Position numbers and translations under genes: made by a program. Below, piece by piece: positions 56,857-64,000 of a stretch of DNA of 64,000 nucleotides (within the stretch, counting starts at the first letter, position 1; every line of letters begins with the position of its first letter). A model generated the notes under the pieces. That model saw only the letters and a list, made by a program, of their open reading frames with translations, made no database searches and had not been told where the DNA came from. Origin of the DNA: Bdellovibrionales bacterium (GTDB taxonomy: Bacteria; Bdellovibrionota; Bdellovibrionia; Bdellovibrionales; UBA1609); assembly GCA_027317865.1 (NCBI GenBank), contig DAHVQG010000002.1, forward strand, positions 192,001-256,000. Direction: 5' to 3'.

Positions 56857-58485
56857 TCACCCTTGAGTCGCGGAGCGACTCCACTGCCGCCAAAATTCTG
56901 CGCTTTCTGTTTCATCCGATAAAAGTTCAATTATCGTACGCTGGCCGAGGTTCGAAAAAACCCGCTCGGCGAATACGTTCGCGCACCGCAAATATTCAAA
57001 ACCAAACATTTCAGCCCAATGAGAAAACGCAAAACGATGTGAGTTCAGAAATTTATCACTTCGAAAAAGCCGCGAAAAAATCTGCCCGCCGTAATTGTTA
57101 ATGACAACAATTCGAAGCTTTTCGTCGGGGCTTGCGATGGCCAACGCATTGAGATCGTAAAGCGCGCTTAAATCGCCAAGAATAAGCCAACTTTCTTTCT
57201 TTGCTGTGGTGGCCACACCCAAAAATGTACTGATGAGGCCATCTATACCATTAGCTCCGCGATTGGCGAAAATTTCTGGATGAGCAACCTCATAGGATGC
57301 GGCAAGATCCCATTCGCGGATGGGCAGACTATTACCCAAGAAAACCAATGCTGTTGACGGTATCAACTCACTTAGGCGCCTCACCATTGCAACTTCTGAA
57401 TGCTTAAAGTTTGAAATTAAATTTTCGAGCCGGTTCATGCCTTTCTCATCGTCTTGCAATGCATTTTCGCGCGAGACATCGTCGGCATGTTGTCGAGTTA
57501 TTGTCTCGCGGCTTTGAAAGCTAAAAAAACTTGCAAAATTAATTGCCGGCGTCTTTTCGCGTGCCAAACCCGAAAACGGCAAATCATGAACTGACAGAAC
57601 CGGAACATGCTGCAAACTTAAATCAAGATCGCGCCACAAACGGAACGTTGGAACAGAACCCATGCGCAAAACACCGTCAAATGAACGTTCGAATTCTTTG
57701 GCACTTAGGCCGTCTGAACCGGACCGTAGTTTTAAGTGAGCAAGCCGAGGGTCTTCTCTAATCCCCGATGGCGCTTCAAGGTAAACCGGCGCTTTTAACG
57801 ATAATAAAAACTCCAGCGTCGCGCCTCTAGTTTGCGGCAAAAGGCCGCCAACGATGACTAGCGGTCTTTTCACATGAGAAAAAAATCGCTCAATCCGAGA
57901 AGACTCGATATCGCTTAGATTATTTTCACATGGGCCGGCCACACTTTTCGCCTGGTTCAATTTTTGTCGGCCATAAGAAAAGTCCAGGGTTTCAACCGAT
58001 CCGTCAATCAACGGTTCAGAGAAGCAAATATTTATGTGTGTTACACCCGCTTGCGCGATATTAAGCGTGGCAAAATCAAATGGCGCTTCGATGTCATATA
58101 CGATTTTTGTGTACGCCGAAAAAATTCCAACCTGTTCAATTGCTTGAGGAGCTGCCGAACCACGATATGCGCGTGGTCGGTCGGCTGTAATTAAAACCAA
58201 CGGTTGACCTGAGTAATAAGCTTCAATAACCGCCGGTAATAATTCGGCAACAGCTGTACCGGACGTTGTAATGACGGCCGCCGCTTCGCCACTTTGCTTA
58301 GCCATTCCCAACGCAAAAAAACCGGCGGATCGTTCATCAAAAAAACTTTTCTGAAATATCCCGCGGGAGTGATCCAGAACTTCTATGAGTGGGGCATTTC
58401 TCGCTCCTGCACAAAAACAAAACCGACTCACGCCAATCGACACAAGTCTTTCAATTAAAACTTGCGCCATTTCAATATTTTTCAT
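56857..58485 (-). CDS. menD: SEPHCHC synthase
   Basis: G.RNAPL, DERSAGFFALG, TSGTA, TADRP, NRGANGIDG, GDLS..YD.N and NN.GG.IF motifs. Confidence 0.96.
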   Translation of the reverse strand: MKNIEMAQVLIERLVSIGVSRFCFCAGARNAPLIEVLDHSRGIFQKSFFDERSAGFFALGMAKQSGEAAAVITTSGTAVAELLPAVIEAYYSGQPLVLITADRPRAYRGSAAPQAIEQVGIFSAYTKIVYDIEAPFDFATLNIAQAGVTHINICFSEPLIDGSVETLDFSYGRQKLNQAKSVAGPCENNLSDIESSRIERFFSHVKRPLVIVGGLLPQTRGATLEFLLSLKAPVYLEAPSGIREDPRLAHLKLRSGSDGLSAKEFERSFDGVLRMGSVPTFRLWRDLDLSLQHVPVLSVHDLPFSGLAREKTPAINFASFFSFQSRETITRQHADDVSRENALQDDEKGMNRLENLISNFKHSEVAMVRRLSELIPSTALVFLGNSLPIREWDLAASYEVAHPEIFANRGANGIDGLISTFLGVATTAKKESWLILGDLSALYDLNALAIASPDEKLRIVVINNYGGQIFSRLFRSDKFLNSHRFAFSHWAEMFGFEYLRCANVFAERVFSNLGQRTIIELLSDETESAEFWRQWSRSATQG

Positions 58486-58506
58486 TTGAAGCCCCAAAGC
58501 ATAACC

Positions 58507-59604
58507 TCACAGGCCCAGCAACGCGCGCACAGAATTGCGCTTAATTTCAAGTTCTTGCCACTCATTTTCAAACTGGCTTTGTTCCACCACGCCGCAGCCC
58601 GTTCCCAACAAAAGCTCATCGCCACGCCACTGGATATTGCGTATAGCAACTAGCGCCTGGGAACTCCCTGCAGATTGGAGAAACCCAAACGGTGCGCCAA
58701 ATCTTAAGCGATTTTCTGTTCCATCGCATTTTTTCAAAAACCGCCAATCGGCATTATTGGGTGAAACCCCGAGCGCAGCTGTGGGATGCAAAAGCGCACA
58801 CATTTCAGTAAACGAATTTTCTGCAGTCGGCGGCCGGTCGAATTCTACGCTGATATCCGTTCGAAGGTGCGATATGGGGCCCAAATCCCAGACATAAGTG
58901 GGCGAAACTTTAAGGTCGCCAAACGGCTTTAATTTTTCTTTTAGACCTTTAATGACGAGATCGTGCTCAAACATTTCTTTCGGATCATTGACCAGCGATT
59001 TAGTCGCCTCAAGCGCCGAAGAACGTGTGCCCGCAAGAGCCATTGTTTCGAGTACGCCTTCACGGACGTTATAGTTGAACAGTTTTTCGGGAGTTGCGCC
59101 TAAAACACCTTCTTCAGGAGTCCAGAACCCATACGGTATTGGTTTTTTCGCCTGTAAAAGCAGGCTGCGGATGGCTTTGGCGCGCATCGAGGCCGTGAGA
59201 GTCACTTTCGCGTGGGCAAATACGACTGGTACAGCTTTTCGAATTATGTTTTGCCGAATTGCATTTTGTACGAGTTCAAATTTTTCTGCAAATTCCGAAC
59301 GCCCGGGGGGCTGCCAACGAATGTCAAGCTGCGGTTGATTTGAAAATTCAGAAAGTAACGTGGCTAAGTGGTCACGACGGGTGATTGCCATATTTTCAAA
59401 CCGAGCCCACGGTTTTGCATCCTCAAGATAAAAATCGGGCACGTAAAATGCGGCATCGTTACTGTTAGGAGTGTTACTGTTTGCCAAGTTAAACCGCTCG
59501 GGTTCACCCCAAGCCACAAGACACTTTTCAAGTCCAAGCCCCAAAAGCGCTCCAAACCGTAAAAACAAGCCCGCTTCTGAAATTGTTAGGTCTCGGTTCG
59601 TCAT
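58507..59604 (-). CDS. menF: Isochorismate synthase
   Basis: GATPE, ALAGT, KE..EH..V, HL.T.I, LHPT.A.G, IR and G.GVV..S....EW.E...K motifs; ATG 59604 behind GAGG. Confidence 0.92.
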   Translation of the reverse strand: MTNRDLTISEAGLFLRFGALLGLGLEKCLVAWGEPERFNLANSNTPNSNDAAFYVPDFYLEDAKPWARFENMAITRRDHLATLLSEFSNQPQLDIRWQPPGRSEFAEKFELVQNAIRQNIIRKAVPVVFAHAKVTLTASMRAKAIRSLLLQAKKPIPYGFWTPEEGVLGATPEKLFNYNVREGVLETMALAGTRSSALEATKSLVNDPKEMFEHDLVIKGLKEKLKPFGDLKVSPTYVWDLGPISHLRTDISVEFDRPPTAENSFTEMCALLHPTAALGVSPNNADWRFLKKCDGTENRLRFGAPFGFLQSAGSSQALVAIRNIQWRGDELLLGTGCGVVEQSQFENEWQELEIKRNSVRALLGL

Positions 59605-59702
59605 TCGATCCTCATTTGCGCGATGCGACGCACAACTTGCGGGTATTTCATAGCTGAAAAAGAATAGAGAAGTAAGAACTTTTGCGCTATCTTCCACCGA
59701 AA

Positions 59703-60506
59703 ATGAGTCAAGACACAAAACCGATCCGCGTGGGCGGAGTTGAAATTGGGGGCTCTGCCTTCGTTGTAATGGCCGGACCATGTTCCGTTGAGTCCTTGCC
59801 GCAATTTGCGCAGACAGCCGACGTTGTTAAAAAGGCGGGTGCCGTCATTTTGCGCGGCGGAATGTTCAAGTTGCGCACAAATCCCGACAGCTTTCAGGGA
59901 ATGGGACAAGATGCGTTTTCGATCGTTCGTGAAGTCAAAGCGCGTACTGGGCTACAATTTGTTTCTGAAATCACAGATCCAAGACAGGTCAGCGATTTCA
60001 CGGGACTCGTTGATATGTTTCAAGTCGGGTCCCGCAACATGCATAATTACGCTCTTCTAAAGGAACTGGGACAAGTTCAAACGCCCGTCTTACTTAAACG
60101 CGGATTTTCGGGCTTGATTAGTGAATGGTTACAATCAGCCGAATACATTATCAAATATGGCAACCCAAACGTTGTTTTGTGCGAGCGTGGTATTCGCACT
60201 TTTGAAACCGCAACTCGTAACACGTTTGATCTCAACGCTATTGCGTATGTGAAAGAACATACGAGTTTTCCGGTCATTGCTGACCCCTCACACGCAACAG
60301 GCGCCGCATCTCTTGTCACTCCAATGGCGCTCGCGGCGGCCGCGGCCGGTGCAGACGGAATAATTGTTGAAGTGCACCCCGATCCAACAATTGCGCTATC
60401 CGACGGATTTCAAGCGCTGACACCTGATATGTTTCGAAATTTGATGGCCCGACTTGAACGAGTTCTTGCGGCGCTCGATCGCGGCTTGGCGAAAGTGAAT
60501 TCATGA
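59703..60506 (+). CDS. aroF: DAHP synthase, type I-beta, catalytic domain only
   Basis: [40 protein letters not shown] and EVHPDP..ALSDG motifs. Confidence 0.92.
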   Translation: MSQDTKPIRVGGVEIGGSAFVVMAGPCSVESLPQFAQTADVVKKAGAVILRGGMFKLRTNPDSFQGMGQDAFSIVREVKARTGLQFVSEITDPRQVSDFTGLVDMFQVGSRNMHNYALLKELGQVQTPVLLKRGFSGLISEWLQSAEYIIKYGNPNVVLCERGIRTFETATRNTFDLNAIAYVKEHTSFPVIADPSHATGAASLVTPMALAAAAAGADGIIVEVHPDPTIALSDGFQALTPDMFRNLMARLERVLAALDRGLAKVNS

Positions 60507-61258
60507 AAACAGAGTCTATGAACTCCGCTGGGTTCATCCGAACGGGACCGGCTTCTGACGAAATTAAAAATCTATTTTCGTCAATTGCAAGCAAGTACGA
60601 CTTGGCAAACGACATTATTACGTTTGGAATGGCCCGCCGCTGGCGCCGCAATCTAGTTCGATGGAGCAGCGAAGGTTTGTCAGCGATTCAACGCGTTCTT
60701 GATTGCGCGACTGGTACCGGAGATATCGCGTTTGAGTTTGCGCGCACTTTTCAAAACGCTGAAGTCATAGGTTGTGATTTTTGTGAACCGATGCTTAAGG
60801 TTGCAAGCAATAAAATAACCCGGAAATTTACCGACGCCGCTGAACACATTCGATTTGAGCTCGCCGATACGATGTCACTCCCTTATAGAGACGCGCAATT
60901 TGACGTTTCGTCGATTGCCTATGGCATTCGAAATGTAAAAGATGTCCCGCAAGCCCTAGCAGAAATGGCGCGAGTCACTCGACCCGGCGGTTACGTGATG
61001 ATCCTTGAAACAGGCGTTGTCGAAAATAGATTCTTGCGCGCCTTTGTGCATTTACACTTTCAAGCCGTTGTCCCCTTTTTAGGCGGCCTCATTTCAGGGC
61101 GACAATCCGCCTACCAATACCTGCAAAAATCATCGAGTGAATTCCCATCGGGAGATACATTCTGCGATGTTCTTCGTTCTGTTAACCGGTTTTCAAAAGT
61201 GGAATATCGACCGCTTTTGGGCGGCGCAAGTTACATTTATCGCGCACAAGTTCGTTAA
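60503..61258 (+). CDS. menG: Demethylmenaquinone methyltransferase (UbiE/MenG)
   Basis: [28 protein letters not shown] and AY.YL..S motifs. Confidence 0.93.
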   Translation: MKTESMNSAGFIRTGPASDEIKNLFSSIASKYDLANDIITFGMARRWRRNLVRWSSEGLSAIQRVLDCATGTGDIAFEFARTFQNAEVIGCDFCEPMLKVASNKITRKFTDAAEHIRFELADTMSLPYRDAQFDVSSIAYGIRNVKDVPQALAEMARVTRPGGYVMILETGVVENRFLRAFVHLHFQAVVPFLGGLISGRQSAYQYLQKSSSEFPSGDTFCDVLRSVNRFSKVEYRPLLGGASYIYRAQVR

Positions 61259-61713
61259 TGCGGTCGTTCGCCGCGATTGATTGAATAACGATATTCAATA
61301 TAGGCGCCCAATAGCTTATCTCGCGAATTTATGTTCGGAGAGTTAAGCTCTCCGTCTAGTTTCGCTAATATTTTTGCCGCGCCATTATCGAACAGCGCGA
61401 ACCGAAAAAGAAGATCAACCGCGTGCTTCGATTGATCAAGACCATCTCCGATCACATTTTTTTCAGCAATTCGCGCCAGAACATTCACCATATCTTCATC
61501 TGGAATTTGAAACTTAATGCAAAACCGCGCCTTTTTAGCCCAATCCTTGGGAATTATAATATTCGTATTCACCGGCCTTTCTTCCGGCGCATCTTCGATT
61601 GGGATCTCACGCACCAAAGTCGCTCCGCAACCTTCGGCATAGACGGTCGTGCGTATTCCAATGAATGTCATAAGTGCAATCGCAAGAATCATCATTTTTC
61701 GATAAATTTGCAT
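61255..61713 (-). CDS. Secreted hypothetical protein
   Basis: Signal peptide ending VYA; no recognisable motif. Confidence 0.6.
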   Translation of the reverse strand: MQIYRKMMILAIALMTFIGIRTTVYAEGCGATLVREIPIEDAPEERPVNTNIIIPKDWAKKARFCIKFQIPDEDMVNVLARIAEKNVIGDGLDQSKHAVDLLFRFALFDNGAAKILAKLDGELNSPNINSRDKLLGAYIEYRYSINRGERPH

Positions 61714-61895
61714 CGGTACAATTATAATCGGCGCATCTATTTAGAAAAAATGAAATCCGTGAATTTGAAATATTTTATTGTTTGTACAATTTCATGGCGT
61801 TAAACGACGTGTTCACAATTTTGACAGCCATGAATCTATTTCGCGTTGATCATTAAATTCTTGTGGAGAAGCCGAATTTCCTTACAATTGTCGCC

Positions 61896-62408
61896 ATGAA
61901 AAAATCAATTATTTTGAGTGCCCTACTGTTGTCTTTCACATGTTTTTCAAATTCTTCTGCGATTGCAGCCGCACCGATTGTTTCTAGTTTGCCGAGTGGT
62001 TCTATAGAAGGCGCCATCGAAAAGAGCGGATGCAATATCTCTGGTTCACCGTGTGTTTTGCCCGGTGATCGTGTGAAAAATGTAAAAATGGAGAATGGTT
62101 TTATTTCGGCGCAATTTTTAATTAACATCCCTTCGGTTGGCGGTTTTCACGATTGGTTTGCACCCGGTTATAACGAGAAAGTTTGGGCTAAAAAATATGC
62201 CGGCCAATTTATTAAAAACCTGTGCCAAGCTTTTGCCGGAGAGCCCCAAGTACCAATGATAAAAATCTTGAAAACCAATGATTGCTGCGGAAGCGGTTCG
62301 TTTTCTGTCAGCGACTACCCGATTGATCATGTTACGAGTTACAGTTCAGACTCATTTAATTTTACAATGAAAGCGGCGGTTCGGTGCTTACGCGAGAACA
62401 GTAATTAG
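61896..62408 (+). CDS. Secreted Cys-containing hypothetical protein
   Basis: MKKSIILSALLL signal peptide from ATG 61896. Confidence 0.65.
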   Translation: MKKSIILSALLLSFTCFSNSSAIAAAPIVSSLPSGSIEGAIEKSGCNISGSPCVLPGDRVKNVKMENGFISAQFLINIPSVGGFHDWFAPGYNEKVWAKKYAGQFIKNLCQAFAGEPQVPMIKILKTNDCCGSGSFSVSDYPIDHVTSYSSDSFNFTMKAAVRCLRENSN

Positions 62409-63409
62409 TTTCGATCGAGGCGGCGCCATAAAATATGGTCGGCCAAAACGAGATGAGCCATGGCTTCGATAACGGGCAAAGCTCGGAATAAAATGCATGG
62501 ATCATGACGGCCACGCTTTGCAATATCTAAAATTGATGACGTCGGCTTGAATGCGACTTTTAGCGAAATCAATTCCCCCGTTGAAATGCCCCCACGAATA
62601 CCCCCATAAACAGACTCATCGCTGATTACGTGGACTTCTTTTCCGTGTTTTGACGCGAGTGAAAATCCGCCGCCCAATTCGACACCCGTAACGGCGCCGA
62701 TAGACATCATGGCGCCCGCTAAATCTGATTTCAGTTTATGAAAAACTGGCTGGCCAAGACCACCCGGTGCATTTTCAATCTGTAATTCAGCTATTCCACC
62801 TACGCTGTCACCTTCTTCACGCAACTTGGTCATCATAGTTGCAACGTCATTCCACCGGCCTTCATTTATATAAAAGCGTGCGCTATCACTTAGGCATAGA
62901 TCTGAGTCTACTATCGCAATCTCACCGATTTGCCTCGGCAATGCATGAACAATCAGTTCAGGCGCCACATCGCTCAAAAACATTTGCGCAAATGCCCCAC
63001 CGATAACGCGCGCCAAAGTCTCGCGACCTGACGCACGTCCACCCCCGCGATGATCGACATAATCAAACTTCATTTTCCAAACATCGTCGGCATGCCCCCG
63101 CCGTGGCTCAGTCTTTATTTTCTCGTAATCGATTGATTTTGCATCGTGATTACGAACGATCACGACAATCGGCGTGCCTAGAGTTTTGTGGTCAAAAACT
63201 CCGCTTAAAATCTCGAAATCATCCGATTCATTTCGCGACGAGGTAACCAAATGCTGACCGGGCCGACGGCGTTTGAGCGCACTTTGTAATATTGAAGGAT
63301 CAAACGTTACACCAGACGGACACCCTTCAATAATCGCCCCCAGCGCTGGACCGTGGCTTTCACCAAAGCTCGTAATTTGAAAAAGATGGCCGAATCGATT
63401 TGCACTCAT
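62405..63409 (-). CDS. aroC: Chorismate synthase
   Basis: FGESHG, RRRPG, PR.GHAD, GGGRASGRET, GGI.GGIS.G, KPTSSI and GRHDPC motifs. Confidence 0.97.
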   Translation of the reverse strand: MSANRFGHLFQITSFGESHGPALGAIIEGCPSGVTFDPSILQSALKRRRPGQHLVTSSRNESDDFEILSGVFDHKTLGTPIVVIVRNHDAKSIDYEKIKTEPRRGHADDVWKMKFDYVDHRGGGRASGRETLARVIGGAFAQMFLSDVAPELIVHALPRQIGEIAIVDSDLCLSDSARFYINEGRWNDVATMMTKLREEGDSVGGIAELQIENAPGGLGQPVFHKLKSDLAGAMMSIGAVTGVELGGGFSLASKHGKEVHVISDESVYGGIRGGISTGELISLKVAFKPTSSILDIAKRGRHDPCILFRALPVIEAMAHLVLADHILWRRLDRN

Positions 63410-64000
63410 AGCTCACGCGCCCAAAATTCGCGTTGCGCTTCTGCTTGAAGCAAAAATACCTGCCGGCCGGAAAAATACCGCGCGCCAACCCGCAAAGCAT
63501 ATTCGAGCCCGGGCGAATCTTCAGTGTAATTGAGGTCGTAAACAAATTGCGGTCGCCAATCATCCGGGGGCCATTGGCTTGTTGCCATTCGCGATCGGGG
63601 GACTGCCCATATCAAACTTTGCGGCGAATTCATAGTTGTCGCTGCGACTTCTTGCTCAGGAGTCATCCAAATTGGCTTGGCTTGACGTGCAGAAAAAAAT
63701 CGTGCCTGCGGAAAAAGCGCGCGAAGCACAAGCCGTGTCCCACTGCCGCCCCATACAACTGTGTCATCCGTGAGCGACAGGTTATGAAACGCACGTGCCA
63801 ATCCAATTAGATCCGTATTTGTAGCGCACCACCCGGCCGAGGTTTTAACAATCGTGTTTATAGCCCCAACATCGGCGGCCTTTTTGTCTGTGTGATCGCA
63901 TACGCGTAGTGCCGCAATTTTTAACGGAGACGTTACCGCAGCGGCACGAAGCCCTATTCGCTCCAATATTCCAAGATTGAGCGACTGCAGCTCATCTTCT
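63406..64000 (-). CDS. aroE: Shikimate dehydrogenase (partial; 5' end beyond the window)
   Basis: VTSPLK, AINT, NTD..G, WGGSGT, DLNY and G...F..QA..Q...W motifs; the frame stays open to the window edge. Confidence 0.85.
   Translation of the reverse strand, partial: EDELQSLNLGILERIGLRAAAVTSPLKIAALRVCDHTDKKAADVGAINTIVKTSAGWCATNTDLIGLARAFHNLSLTDDTVVWGGSGTRLVLRALFPQARFFSARQAKPIWMTPEQEVAATTMNSPQSLIWAVPRSRMATSQWPPDDWRPQFVYDLNYTEDSPGLEYALRVGARYFSGRQVFLLQAEAQREFWAREL

Noticed and set aside
59604-59781. Apparent head-to-head overlap of menF and aroF
   Set aside because: Artefact of longest-ORF starts; the probable starts (59604 and 59703) leave a normal divergent spacer. Similar over-extended starts were trimmed for flgI, menA, menE, rsmJ and recX.
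1-64000. CRISPR arrays, IS/transposases, integrases, prophage genes, rRNA/tRNA, and the many 60-160 aa antisense ORFs
   Set aside because: No regularly spaced repeats or mobile-element motifs were seen. The short ORFs lie opposite or within well-supported genes and show no protein motifs.

Overview
64 kb of a compact, gene-dense bacterial chromosome. Gene content (flagellar flgF-flgL with csrA-fliW, a PilT-like ATPase beside recX-alaS, many secreted orphan proteins, a degenerate REC-PilZ protein) suggests a Bdellovibrionota-like predator; this is inferred, not confirmed. From left to right: partial prmA; a flagellar rod/ring/hook-junction operon (flgF G A H I J M N K L csrA fliW) with a sigma54 promoter and a divergent lytic transglycosylase; aspartokinase; pgpA-cinA-recA and pilT-recX-alaS; agmatinase; a MutY/TolB-like lipoprotein read-through ORF; a DEAD-box helicase; pcnB; an SLT/SH3 enzyme with a membrane-anchored partner; tatA; transketolase; adenosine deaminase; a thiamine ABC transporter; nth; citrate synthase; and a menaquinone (menFDHBACE, menI-like, menG) plus shikimate (aroF, aroC, aroE) supercluster. 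No rRNA, tRNA, CRISPR array or mobile element was recognised. The most striking unexplained structure is the 261-nt flgI-flgJ spacer. On the coding strand it folds into several GGA-loop hairpins enclosed by a long stem and followed by U7, like a CsrB/RsmZ-type CsrA-binding RNA sitting inside the operon that encodes CsrA and FliW. Matching GGA motifs overlap or flank the ribosome-binding sites of flgJ, flgN, flgK, csrA and a FlgT-like gene.
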